From Selaginella moellendorffii (lineage: Eukaryota; Plantae; Lycopodiophyta): a DNA stretch of 64,000 nucleotides. Shown one piece after another: positions 49,862-63,841 of the stretch; positions within the stretch are counted from its first letter, which is position 1, and each line of letters opens with the position of its first letter. The notes beneath the pieces were generated by a model. It made no database searches. It was not told where the DNA came from and was given only the letters and a program-made list of their open reading frames with translations. The translations under genes and the position numbers were made by a program. Where the stretch lies: positions 62,001-126,000 of the forward strand of contig NW_003314318.1 of NCBI RefSeq assembly GCF_000143415.4, written 5' to 3'.

Positions 49862-52800
49862 TGTAGCACACGTGGTTTTGACCCTTTATCCTATGGTGAT
49901 TTATTATAGGATAACCACGAAGCGGAACTTAAACCCTCTTTGTGCTACGTGATATATGCCACATGTCACATACCACGTGTCCATAGGACAGTGGTGTGGA
50001 ACCCGAGGTTCAGAGCCTTGGGCCACTGAACAAAGGAACAATGTCAAACCCCTAAGCATGGAGCCAAGGAGTGTTGGAACCGGACCACGGAGCAACTCTC
50101 GAGCATACAGCCCAAGGAGCAAAGGGACAGGAGCCCGGAGCGACTTGGAACAATCCTAGAGCAACCAATATCCCAATGCCATGACCAGCACGCAAAATGG
50201 AGCTAAACGGAGCCTGGTGCTATTTTGGCATACCGGTAACCTAATGTCAGGATATGGGTACTCTACCAGCTAGCATGGAATGAAACTTGGGCTTAGACCC
50301 AAGCCGGACGCAGAACAAGGACAGGCATGCAAGCGGGAGCTAGACTATGCCTCAGGTTAGTCAGCCATGCACAACCTTCCCACTATCCCTACATTTGGGA
50401 CCCCCCCCCCCCCCCCCCCCCCTAAGGAACACACACTTTGGGCTTTCACCCCAAGCCTCCCTTAGTACCAAGAGTTAGTCTCTGGGACAAACTTGAAATT
50501 TACTAAATATGGAATGGCGCTAAAATGTGAATTTGGACACTGGACGAACACTATTGTGTGCAAGCCAATATCTACATTCCGTAGATATGCCAAATGAGCA
50601 AATCTAGACACTTTCCATAAATAGCATTTGGGACTAGAATGAGATTAACACAAAGGGCATGATAGCGAGGGTGTTTGGTAGACACAATAAGCTATCATCT
50701 AGTGAATATTGAGGGACCAAATTTAATATTATGGGGGTTCCCAACACTAGCAAGTGCAAGTCAACGAATGAGTTTCTCTAACCAGGTCAAGTATGCTTGA
50801 CTAAATAAACATTTAGGAATTCCTTCTTTATGCTCATTTGGTCAAGTGCACACGTGAGGATCAGTTTCTCAACTAGCATAAGGGGAGACCAATAACAAGT
50901 CCAGCAATACCGACCTCTTGCCATCGTGGCAGTAAGGAAAGAGTGTCTGAAAGGACTGGCCAACAGATAACTTTTGATACCCGAAGTCACATTCGCGACA
51001 CTCTCCCCCCCTTAGGAAGATTGATGTCCTTATCGATGCATACTCTAGTCTAGAATACCGCCAAGGAAACAACTCCAGAAAAAGTTCACGGTATTCACAC
51101 TATGTGAGAAATGCACCAACTTAAGTGAATTAGGTAACCTCTTTGTCTAACGCAGATGCACTACCAACTCAGACACCTTCTGGCCGTCGCCGACAAGGAA
51201 ATGACCAATGGAGTTAGCCACCCTTGTTGCGCTGGGTGTCACTCAGCTTACAAAAGTGTGATATGCCCCTACCCGCAAGGACATAGAGAGAGAAGCTAGA
51301 GGCCCCAACCCTCATGAGCAAAGAAACCAAACCCGTCGGTAAGGTTTAGATAGACTACTATAAACAGGTAGTTAGAGTTGTTTACACGGTCACGCCCTTT
51401 TAACGGAATAAAGAACATTGACAAAGAGGCGGGTTATGTAACCAGTCGACAGTAGCTACCCCATGACTAAAGATTTCAACATGCACACGAAGTGCCGAAG
51501 CCAGTCTGCCTATACTGGCCCAAACTCAAAGATCAATAGATGGACAATATCAAAGTCATAGACAATGATATCTTAGAGACTTAATTATCAATGAATATAT
51601 TTTAGATTAGAACACAAAAGTATTCCAAGTAAGTTATTATCTGATAAACCAGTATTATAGGATAGGAACCACCAAAATCACTATTATTGGAAAAATATAG
51701 GATTCACCATCCATTAAAATTCAATAGCAAGTATATCATCAAGTAAACTCAATGATGAAACTTAACTACCAAAGATAATAGACAGTAAGCCAAACAACTT
51801 ACTAAAGATAACTTAAAGAACATAAAGTATTATTGGTTGATAAGCACAATGCTCACGAATGGATTACCCAAAGGAAATAACATCCCAATCTATCAGAACT
51901 AACTCAAGCAATGATCAATAGAACAGAATAAATGTGGTAAGACCAACAAACACTTAGTTATGTTAACCATCGCACCAGCCAATTTGAATAGATCCTGGTC
52001 AACAATACAAAGGAATTTAAGTTGCCTAAGCAAGTGTTAGCAACATCATGTTGATGTCTAAAACCCAAGAGACCAATCCAAAGCAAACCACAAAGAACAT
52101 GTAGTATTGCAAAAAGCCATAAGCCATCAAAGAGAACAACTAACCATAAAAAAAGATCATTAATCATACCATCAATAGAGAGATGCATAATCATCATTGA
52201 AGAAAGAATCCACCATCTTGAATAACGGCAAACCATTCTATATCAATAATAATCAAGCAAAACCTTTGACAAGAATAATCAACTATCCTAGATGATAGTC
52301 AATCATCACCAATGAGTGCTAGATGTAAATACTAACTTCAACATCGAAGCTAGGAGCCAAAATGCCTTCCCCAACAACTTTTAACAAATGGAACAATGAG
52401 CACAAAAACTCAAAGAACCAAAAGCTCAAAGAAGCCTATAGTCAAGTCTTGCCTAACAATGATCACAAGTTTTGCATGAACTAACTTCAATGCTAAAGAA
52501 GAAATTATGGTACAACCTACAATATCCTTCTAGAAGTCAAACTTCATAATATAAAGCTAATGAAAAGCATATTTGCATCAATCTAAAAGCCAAGCACAAT
52601 GAAGCTATGCTCAATAAGTGATCACTAAACGATCCTCCATGAATCCATCTATAACAAGACGTAACTTACTTCATAGCAAGTACAAAAAGAATCACCAATG
52701 ATCAATATATCCCAACTCAAATCTAACAAGGATTCAAATATTTTAATATCGATCACTAACTCTTTCGCTTGTAGAGTTAGCGTCATCAATGACTAAATCA

Positions 52801-55800
52801 CTTTTTAAGGAAAAGCTCAAAGCTCAACCCCTACTAAACAATCTTGTCTAGAACACAACTAACTCAAACTTGCTACTCAGTTCATTTGAATGTCAACATA
52901 GTTGCTAACTAGCAAATGCATGAATGCCAATAACACAAAGCTTTAGCCAAATCATGAACACTATCTTTTTCAAGACTAATGAAACTCAATATCAATTCTA
53001 AGGAAAGACATCTCATTTCACTTGAATCTCAATATCAACAATGTCAACCACAAAGCATCACTTCAACGTTATCAACACTAGGACAAAGCTAGAAGAAAGC
53101 AAAAGTGAATCACCACTCAAAACTCTCTTGCAACCAAGCTAACCAAAGTCGAAGATACTATTCCTAGTATCTAAGACTAATCCTTCAGCAAAACTCAGTT
53201 ACAGATAACACTTCATCAAAGAGTGATTCACCACGTCCAAGACTCAATGAAATCCAACACTACAGACTAAATACAACCAAATGATATCGACAAAGATAGA
53301 ATTGACATGCCAATATGGAAAACCTATGCAAGCCATGACACGATCCTCCGCAATACCATCCAGTAAAGCAAGCCCATCACTGCTAAATCATCATCAAGTA
53401 AAGCAAGTGTCATATTCCTTAACAAAGTCTACCAGCAACCACTAGTCACAAAACAACCAATAATCACTCTTTAACTTGCCTTCACAAGACCTAACACTAA
53501 CTCACATCATCGAGTCATATACTTAACCAATATGAACATAATACCCCAGGTATGAGATAAAGGTTCATGGACAAGCATAAACTAAATGACCACTCGAATC
53601 CAACTCAACCGCAATAAGTTCACCAACACATCTAATCAATAGCTCTGAGCATGCTTTGAAGAGGCTAGCTATGCATGATCAACACTTAACAAAAACTAAA
53701 GTGAAGACCATGAGATGAACTCATATCGGTACACAACCTCCTCATAAACAAAGCTATAGTACGGGTACCAACATCTCAACAGTAAACAATTAAGTTGAAC
53801 ATCACTATCCTTAGCCAAGGCACAGAGCCACCAAGACTAAATCAGGATCAGTGAGAGCTCACTACTCTTATAGAGTCTAATAAAATGCAAGATGCAACCT
53901 GTCACCAAACATAATACTACAGAAGAAAGGCATAAGGGTCACCCTTCTTAGAAAAGTGCAACGGCCACTTTTTTACACCAACTCCAAACTCTATCCAACT
54001 CAATTGATTTAGCCTTAAAAGTCAGCATCCTTTTTGAGCCGCATCATACAAACTACATACTAAGGTCTAAGCTAATTGAAGTCAACTCTAACCCCTTCAC
54101 TAGTTTGTATTAGCTTACGAAAATGGAATGGTTTTCAGGCAAAGTGATCAACAGATTAGCCATTGGAAAAGTCTAAGAAAATTTGTGGAAAAGATTCCAT
54201 CCTAGAAAAAAAATGACTCTCAGTCTAGGAATGCAAACTTTCAAGACTCAACCAACTTCCTCTTACTAACAACTTCACATAGGTTCACCTCAACACTAAT
54301 TCTTATGACCCATAGTATGTTTAAGCAGTGAACATCTTTGCCCATATTTTCGATATCCAACACCGATATCCGCAAAATGCAAAGTGAATCCAAGGCTTGA
54401 TCACAAAGACCACATCTTTGAATATCCACATTGCACTAACACTCTTCTTCAATCACCTTCAAGATCCAATGTGAAGCCAAAACACTAATAAGAAAAATGA
54501 CTTGAAAAATCAAAGTTTAAGGAAAATTCCTCATCACTCGAAATAACAATGCCACTTCCACCAACATAAGTGTTAGTGATATCAATGCCCTAACTACACA
54601 TTTTCTCCATCCAACAATTTACTCCAAGTGCTAATGGATCAATCGACAAGCCATAGCAAGTGAATGCTATAACTCTTTCCAACACCTTAATGGGCAAACG
54701 CAAGGAAACAAGGTACCAGCTTAAACTTAGCATAATAAACCACCATCGAGAATCTAGTCAAAGCTATTACAATGCTACTTCATGCAAGTATACTAGTTTC
54801 ACCATCAACCACTTTGGGGTTGATCATCATTTAACCAAGCAACTTCATAAACACATTGTTTATTATCAAATGGATATGATATAAGTATGTATCACAATGA
54901 CTTGATCATCCATTGAGCAACACTATGAGCAATGCCCATGTCATTACTTCAAATATTTATATGAATATCAAATGTCAACTCGATTTGATAAAATGCAACA
55001 TAAATGCCACACTCCACCAATAGAAATTTACAACACCCAACACCATTAACTTTTGTTCACAACATGAACAAGCTCATGTCACTCTCTTTCGAACCAAACT
55101 CAAAATTAATCTAACACCAAGCTACTCAAGAAGCAATAGCAAAGTTCCTTGGAAAAGAATTGAGCATTGCAACCCAAGTCTTCCAATAGCAAGCCTAGAC
55201 AAAAATGGTTTAGCGCTTCACCACTATCCATCCCAATATTCACCACTTGTAAGACCATCACTTCCAACATGCATCAAAGTAAGGACTTTTGATTGCATAA
55301 TGTGAACATGGGCAATGAGTCACACCTCGTTGCAAATCATCTCTCCAAGAGGAGAAAATAATTTACGTGTTTGATCTTTCGTCCATGACAATTCTCTTTT
55401 TGGTCTCATCTTTGACTAAACCTCAAGTTTGCTTTGGCACTGCCTTTAGTCCAATCCAAGAAAAAGTTTATGAGAGAGCATGGCAATAACTATTTGAACC
55501 AATAGACTAATCCCTACAGTCTTGATTAATCTACTCGTAATCATGCCTAGGAAGGTCCACTAGTGCCATGCTAAACAGCTACGGACCAACCTATTTGCCA
55601 CTCATAGCAAACTCAGGGAAGGTTTACTTTCACCCGTGGTACAAAGAACAACTCATGAAACCACTGATAGGCTAACATTAATCCTGCCAACTCAAAGTGT
55701 AATTTTGAGTTGCTAATGTGCCTCACTCACGAGCCCAAGCGCAAAAAGGTACTACAGTACAAAAAGGTAACCAAAATGTCAGGCACCTGATATGTTAGGT

Positions 55801-58800
55801 GTTTGCCCCAGATATGTCAAGCACCGGATTGTAAGTGACTAATTTTTCCATTCTACTTTAATCACTTAACCCACACCTCCGACCACTTGGAGGAATTGTC
55901 GCGAATGTGACTTCGGGTATCGAAAGTTACCTGTCGACTAGTCCCTTACGACACTCTTACCTTACTGCACAATGGCAGGAGGTCGGTATTGCTGGACCCT
56001 TTATTAGCCCCTCTTGTGCTAGTGGAGTTAACTGGGCATTTCGAGTGTACTTAGACCGGACGAGCATAAGGACGGAATTCCTACGTGTTATTAGCTAAGC
56101 ATACTTAGCTCGGTAAGGAGTTCCCGTCTCGTTTTGTCTTGCACTTGCTAGTGACAAGAACCCTCGCGTATTGAGATTAGTCCCTCAATATCGCTACATG
56201 ATAGCTTACCGTGTCTGCCAAACACCCTCGCTATCATGCCCTTTGTGTTAGTCTCATTTCGGTCCCAAATACTATTTATGGAAAGTGTCCAGATTTGCTC
56301 ATTTGGCATATCTACGGAATGTAGAGATTGTCCTGAACACAATGGTGTTCGTCCCGTGTCCAAATTTGCAATCTAAGGACATTCTATATTTAATAAGTTT
56401 CGAGCTTGTCCCAGAGAAAGCCCAAAGCGTGTGTTCCTCAAGGGGGGGGGGGGGCTGTGGGGGGTTCCAAATGTATAGTAGGGATAGTGGGTAGGTCGGG
56501 CATGGCTGACCAACCTGAGGCATAGTCTAGCTCCCGCTTGCGTGCCTGTCCTTGTTCTGCGTCCGGCTTGGGTCTAAGCCCAAGTTCCACACCATGCTAG
56601 ATGGTGGAGTACCCATGTCCTCGCGTTAGGCCACCGGTATGCCGAAATAGCGCCAGACTCCATTTGGCTCCGTTTTGCGTGCTGGTCCTGGCATTGGGAT
56701 GCGGGTTGCTCCAGGACTGTTCCAAGTCGCTCCGGGCTCCTGTCCCTTCGCTCCTTGGGTTGCATGCTCGGGAGTTGCTCCATGGTTCGGTTCCGTCACT
56801 CCTTGGCTCCATGCTTGGGAGTTTGGCACCGTTCCTTCGTTCAGTGGCCCAAGGCCCTGAACCTCAGGTTCCTATGGACACGTGGCATCTGTCACGTGGC
56901 ACAAAGAGGGTTTAGGTTTTGCTTCGTGGTGTTATCCTATGGTAAATCACTATAGGATAAAGGGTCAAAACCACGTGCGCTACATTTGGTATCAGAGGCT
57001 GAGTCTCAGCGAGTACTATTCAATAAGATTAGGCAACTAGTCTCGTTGCATACGCAGAGATGAAAACGATGATCCAAGTGGGTACACGTTTGGTGCAAAG
57101 GGTTCACATTCGTTCCTTAGGTATGGTTTTGGTTACCTTGTTGTTCCATATTTTGTGAGCTTGAGCTTGGGCTCACAAGAGGGATTAAGTTGTTCCGTTC
57201 GCACGAGTTTGAGCTTGGGCTCGTGAGTGAGGCACATTAGCAACTTGAGGTTATACTTTGAGTTGGCAGGATTAATGTTAGCCTATCGGTGGTTCCATGA
57301 GTTGTTCCAATGGTTCCATGAGTTGTTCCTTGTACCATGGGTTTAAGTAAACTTTCCCTAGGTTTGCTATGAGTGGCAAATAGGCTGGTCCGTAGCTGTT
57401 TAGCACAGCACTAGTGGATCCTTCTTAGGCATGATTACAAGTGGATCAATCAAGATTATAGGGATTAGTTTATTGGTTCAAGTAATCATTGCCGTGCTCT
57501 CTCATAAACTTTTCTTGGATTGGATTGAAGGCAGTGCGAAAGCAAGCTTGAGGTTTAGTCAAAGATGAAACCGAAAAGAGAGTTGTCGGGGACGAAGGAT
57601 CAAACACGTAAATCATCTTCTCTTCTTGGAGAGATGATTTGCAACGAGGTGTTAACTCATTGCTCGTGTTCATATCATGCAATCAAGAGTCCCTACCTTG
57701 ATGCATGTTGGAAATGATGGTCTTGCAAATGATGAGTTGTGGGATGGATAGCGGTGAAGCGCTATACCATTTTGTCTAGGCTTGTTATTGAAGACTTGGG
57801 TTGCAATGCTCAATTCTTTTCTAGGGAACCTTGTTATTGCTCCTTGAATAGCTTGGTATTGGATTAGTGTTGAGTTTGGTCGGATAGAGAGTGGCATGAG
57901 CTTGTCTGTGTTGTGAACAAAAGTTGGTGGCGTTCAGTGTCGTAAATCTTTATCGGTGGAGTGTGGCATTTATGTTGCATTTTGTCGAATCGAGTTAACA
58001 CTTGATATTCACATAAACCTTTGAAGTAATGATATGGATGTTGCTCATGGTATTGCTCAATTGATGATCAAGACATTGTGCTTTCCATATCATATCCATG
58101 TGATAATGAGCAATGTGTTTACGAAGTTGCTTGGATAAACGATAATCAACCCCCAAAGTGGTTGATGGTGAAGCTAGTCTACTTGCACGAAGTAGCATTG
58201 TACTAGCTTTGACTGGATTCTCAATGGTGGACCATTATGCTAAGCTTAAGTTGATTCCTTAGTTCCTTGGGTTTGCCCATAAGGTGTTAGAAAGGGTTAT
58301 AGCATTCTCTTGCTATAACTTGTTGGTTGATCCGTTAGTACTTGGAATAGATTGTTGGATGGAGAAGGTGTGTAGTTGAGACATTGACATTGCTAGCACT
58401 TGTGTTAGTGGAAGTAGCGTTGTTATTTCAAGTGATGAGGATTTTCCTTGGACCTTGATTTTCTATGTCATTTTTCTTGTTAGTGTTTTGGCTTCACATT
58501 GGATCCTGAAAGTGGTTGAAGAAGAGTGTTAGTGCAATGTAGATATCCGAAGATGTGGTATTCGTGATCAAGCCTTGGATGTTTACTTTGCATTTTGAGG
58601 ATGTCGGTGTTGGATGTTGAAAAATGGGCAAAAGAGATGTTCGAGGCTTAAGCATATTATGGGTCATAAGAATTTGTGTTGAGGTGAACTATGTGAAGTT
58701 GTTAGTAGGAGGAAGTTGGTTGAGTCTTGAAAGTTTGCATTTCTAGATTGAGAGTTATTCTTTCTCTAGGATGGAAAATTTTCCACAAATTTTCTTAGAC

Positions 58801-61800
58801 TTTTCCAATGGCTGATCTGTTGGTCACTTTGGCCGAAAACCATTCCGTTTTCGTAAGCCAGTACAAACTAGTGAAGGGGTTGGAGTTGACTTTGGTTGGC
58901 TTAGACCTTAGTAAGTAGTTTGTATAATGCGACCCGAAAGGGATGCTGACTTTTGGGGCTAAAGCAATTGAGTTGGATAGAGTCTGGAGTTGGTATAGAA
59001 AAGTGGCCATTGCGCTTTTCTAAGAAGGGTGACCCTTGTGCCTTTCTTCTGTAGCATTGTGCTTGGTGGCAGGTTGCACCTTGCATTTCGTTAGACTCTA
59101 TGAGAGTAGTGAGCTCTTACTGATCTTGACTTGGTCTTGGTGGTCCTGCGCCTTGGCTGAGGATGGTGATGTCCAACTTAGTTGTTTAAAGTTGAGATGT
59201 TAGTACCCGTACTATAGCTTTGTCTATAAGGAAGTTGTGTACTGATATGAGTCCATCTCATGGTCTTCACTTTAGTTTCGGCTAAGTGTTGATCATGCAT
59301 AGCTAGCCTCTTCAAGGCATGCTCAGAACTAGTGGCTAAATGCATTAGGTGAGCTTGTCGCGGTTGAGTTGGATTCGAGTGGTCATTTAATTTATGCTTA
59401 TCCATGAACCTTATCTCATATCTGGGGTATCATGTTCATGTTAGACAAGCATATAATTGATGATATAAGTTTGGTGTTTGGGTCTTGTGAAGACAAGTTG
59501 AAGAGTGACTGATGGTTGCTTTGCAACTAGTGATTACTTGTAGACTTTGTCAAGGACTTTTGACACTTGCTTCACTCCATGAACATTTAGCAGTGGTGAG
59601 CTTGCTCTACTGGATGATGTTGCGGAGGATCGTGTCGTTAGACTTACATGGGTTTTCCATGTTGACATATCGACTCTACCTCTATCGATATCATTTGGTT
59701 GCGTTTAGTTCGTGGTGTTAGATTTCATTGAGTCTTGGACATGGTGATTCACTCCTTGAAGAAGTGTTATTTGTAACTGAGTTTTGCTGAAGGATTAGTC
59801 TCGGATATTGACTAAAGTATCTTCGACTTTGGTTAGCTTAGTTGCTAGAGAGTTTGGGTGGTGATTCACTTTGGCTTTCTTTTAGCTTTGTTTGGTATTG
59901 ATGGCATTGAAGTGATGCCTTGTCGTTGACATTGTTGTTGTTGAGATTCAAGTGAGATGAGATGACTATCTTTAGGATTGATATTGAGTTTCATTAGTCT
60001 TGATAAAGATAGTGTTGATGATGTGACTGTAGCTTTATGTTATTAGCATTCGTGCATTTGCTAGTTAGCAATTGTATTGACGTTCAAATGAACTGAGTGG
60101 CAAGTTTGAGTTAGTTGTGTTCTAGACGAGATTATGTAGTAGAGGTTGAGCTTTGGCTTTTCCTTGAAAAGTGATTCAGTCATGAACTATGCTAACTCTA
60201 CAAGTGGAAGAGTTAGTGATCAATATTGAAGTGATCAAATCTTTGTTGGATTTGAGTTGGGATATATTGATCCTTGATGATTCTTCTTGTGCTTGTTATG
60301 AAGTGAGTTACGTCTTGCTATAGATGGATTCATGGAGGATCATTTGGTAATCACTTGTTGAGCATAGCTTCGTTATGTTTAGCTTTTGGATTGATGCAGA
60401 TATGCTCTTCATTAGCTTTGGCATTATGAAGTCTAGCTTATGGATGTGTTGAGGAAGATATTGTGGGTTGTACCATGATTTCTTCTTTAGCATTGAAGTT
60501 AGTTCATGCAAGACTTGTGATCATTGTTAGGCAAGACTTGGCTATAGGCTTCTTCGAGCTTTTGGTTCCTTGAGTTTTCGTACTTGTGATCCATTTGTTA
60601 GAAGTTGTTGGGGAAGGCATTTTTACTCATTAGCTTCGATGTTGATGTTGGCTTTCGCATCTAGCAATCATTGGTGATGATTGACTATCATCTAAGATAG
60701 TTGATTGTCCTTGTCAATAGATTTTGCTTGATTATTGTTGACATAAAATGATTTGCTGTTCTTCGGGATGGTAGATTCTTTCTTCAACGATGATTATGCA
60801 TCTCTTGATTAATGGGATGGTTGATGATCTTTTATGATAGTTAGTTATTCTCTTTGATGGCTTCTAGCTTTTCGCAATACCACATGTTCTTTGTGGTTTG
60901 CTCTGGATTGGTCTCTTGGGTTTGAGGCATCCATAGGATGTTGCTGACACTTGCTTAGGCAACTTGAGTTCCTTAGTGTTGTTGGCTGGGATCTATTCGG
61001 ATTTACTCATGTGATAGTTGGCATGACTGAGGGTTTGTTGGTCTTATCGCATTCATTCTGTTCTGTTGATTATTGCTCGAGTTAGTTCTGATAGATTGGG
61101 ATGTTATTTCCTTCAGGTGATACATTCGCGAGCATTGTGCTTGTCAGTCAATAATATTTTGTGTTCTTTAAGTTATCTTTAGTAAGTTATTTAGCATACT
61201 GTCTGCCATCTTCGATAGTGTAGTTTCATCATTGAGTTTTCTTGATGATATACTTGCTATTGAATTTTGTTGGATGGTGATTCCTATGTTTACCAATTTT
61301 GATGATCTTGGTGGTTCCTATCTACTGTACTACTGGTTTATCAGATGATAGCTTACTTGGAATACTATTGTGTTCTAATATAAGATATAATCACTGATAA
61401 TTAAGCTTCTAAGATATCATTGTCTCTGACTTTGATATTGTCCATCTATTGATCTTTAAGTTTGGGCCAGTATAGGCAGATTGGCTTCGGCACTTCGTGT
61501 GCATGGTGAAATCTCTAGTCATGGGGTAGCTACTGTCGACTGGTCACATAACCCGCCTCTCTGTCGATGTTCCTTATTCCGTTGAAAAGGGCGTGACCGT
61601 GTAAACAACTCTAACTGCCTGTTTACAGTAGTCTATCTAAACCTTACTGACGGGTTTGGTTTCTTTGCTTAGGAGGGTTGGGGCCTCTGGCTTCTCTCTC
61701 TATGTTCCTGCGGGCAGGGGCATATCACACTTTTGTAAGCTGGGTGACTCCCAGAGCAACAAGGGTGGCTGACTCCGTTGGTCATTTCCTTGTCGGCGAC

Positions 61801-63841
61801 GGCCGGAAGGTGTCTGAGCTGGTAGCGCATCCGCGTTAGACAAAGAGGTTACCCCTAACTCATTTAAGTTGGTGCATTTCTCACATAGTGTGAGTACCGT
61901 GAACTTTTTTCTGGAGTTGTTTCCTTGGCGGTATTCTAGACTCGAGTGTGCATCGACGAGGACGTCGATCTTCCCTAGGGGGGGAGAGTGTCGCGCATGT
62001 GACTTCGGGTATCGAAAGTTACCTATCGACCAGTCCTTACGGACACTCTTACCTTACTGCCACGATGGTAGGAGGTCGGTATTGCTGGACCCTTTATTAG
62101 CCCCTCTTGTGCTAGTGGAGTTAACTAGGCATTTCGAGTGTACTTAGACCGGACGAGCATAAGGACGGAATTCCTATGTGTTATTAGCTAAGCATACTTA
62201 GCCCGGTAAGGAGTTCCCGTCTCGTTTTGTCTTGCACTTGCTAGTGACAAGAACCCTCGCGTATTGAGATTAGTCCCTCAATATCGCTACATGATAGCTT
62301 ACTGTGTCTACCAAACACCCTCACTATCATGCCCTTTGTGTTAGTCTCAATTCGGTCCCAAATGCTATTTATGGAAAGTGTCTAGATTTGCTCATTTGGC
62401 ATATCTACGGAATGTAGAGATCGGCCTGAACACAATGGTGTTTGTCCCATGTCCAAATTCGCAATCTAGCGCCAGTCTCTCAAGGATTGGGCCATCCATC
62501 CAGGAGTAACCATCCAAGATCCACTCTTTAGCATCTCTAAGATGCCCGCAAACATGGGGAACAACCTTCCCTAATATCCCTTTTACAGTCCTCACCAAGT
62601 CCCTTTTCTGCCCATGGCCATGTTCGCCAACACTGCCACTGGGATAGGGCCCATAGGCCCGACCACTAAGTCCCACTGTCCTCTAGAACTTCCTCACCAC
62701 ATGACCGTATCATTGGTCACTACACCAGAGGACCATTCCTCTTCCTTTCCATAGTCTGGGACTTTGGGACAACATTTCTGTCACTTTGTGGTTTTGACCC
62801 TTTATCCTATGGTGATTTACCATAGGATAACCATGAAGCGGAACCTAAACCCTCTTTGTGCCATGTGACATATGCTACGTGTCCATAGGACAGTGGTGTG
62901 GAACCCGAGGTTTAGGGCCCTGGGCCACTGAACAAAGGAATGGTGCTAAGCCCCCAAACATGGAGCCAAGGAGTGTTGGAACCAGACCACAGAGCAACTC
63001 CTGAGCATACAGCCCAAGGAGCAAAGGGACAGGAGCCCGGAGCGACTTGAAACAGTCCTAGAGCAACCAGTATCCTAATGCTAGGACCAGCATGCAAAAT
63101 GGAGTTAAACGGAGTCTGGTGCTATTTCGGCATATTGGTGACCTAATATGAGGATATAGGTACTCCACCAGCTAGCATGGAATGGAACTTGGGCTTAGAC
63201 CCAAGCCGGACGTAGAACAAAGACAGGCATGCAAGCGAGAGCTAAACTATGCCTCAGGTTTTGAGGAACACATGCTTTGGGCTTTCACCCCAAGCCTCCC
63301 TTAGTACCAAGAGTTAGTCTTTGGGACAAGCTTGAAACTTACTAAATATAGAATGGTGCTAAAATGTGAATTTGGACACAGGACGAATACTATTGTGTAC
63401 AAGCCAATCTTTACATTCCGTAGATATGCCAAATCAGAGCAAATCTAGACACTTTCCATAAATAGCATTTGGGACCGGAATGAGATTAACACAAAGGGCA
63501 TGATAGTGAGGGTGTTTGGCAGACACGGTAAACTATCATTTAGCGAATATTAAGGGACCAAGTTTAATATCACGGGGGTTCCCAACACTAGCAAGTGCAA
63601 GTCAACGAATGAATTTCTCTAACCAAGTCAAGTATGTTTGACTAAATAAACATTTAGGAATTCCTTCTTTATGCTCATCTGGCCAAGTGCACACACGAGG
63701 ACTAGTTTCTCAACTAGCTTAGGCAGAGATTAATAATAGGTCTAGCAATACCAACCTTCTGCCATCGTGGCAGTAAGGAAAGAGTGTCCGAAAGGACTGG
63801 CCGACAGATAATTTTCGATGCCCGAAGTCACATTTGTGACA
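49862..63841 (-). mobile_element. Duplicate of element 1 (element 2); LTRs 49862-51000 and 62779-63841; carries nested insertions
   Basis: Same GTAAT TSD and flanks as element 1; polypurine tract at 51001-51011. Confidence 0.92.
55897..62468 (+). mobile_element. Related LTR element 3, nested in reverse orientation; 5' LTR 55897-56984, 3' LTR from 61989 truncated
   Basis: TG...CA LTR; PBS TGGTATCAGAG (tRNA-iMet type) at 56987; PPT AGGGGGGGAGAG at 61977-61988; faint pol remnants ISYLGYHV (59413) and SDRLGCYFL (61087) in RT-then-integrase order. Confidence 0.9.

Noticed and set aside
33429-63097. Recurring 60-100 aa ORFs inside LTRs and internal regions
   Set aside because: They recur only because the DNA is duplicated; starts and stops vary between copies and there are no domains.
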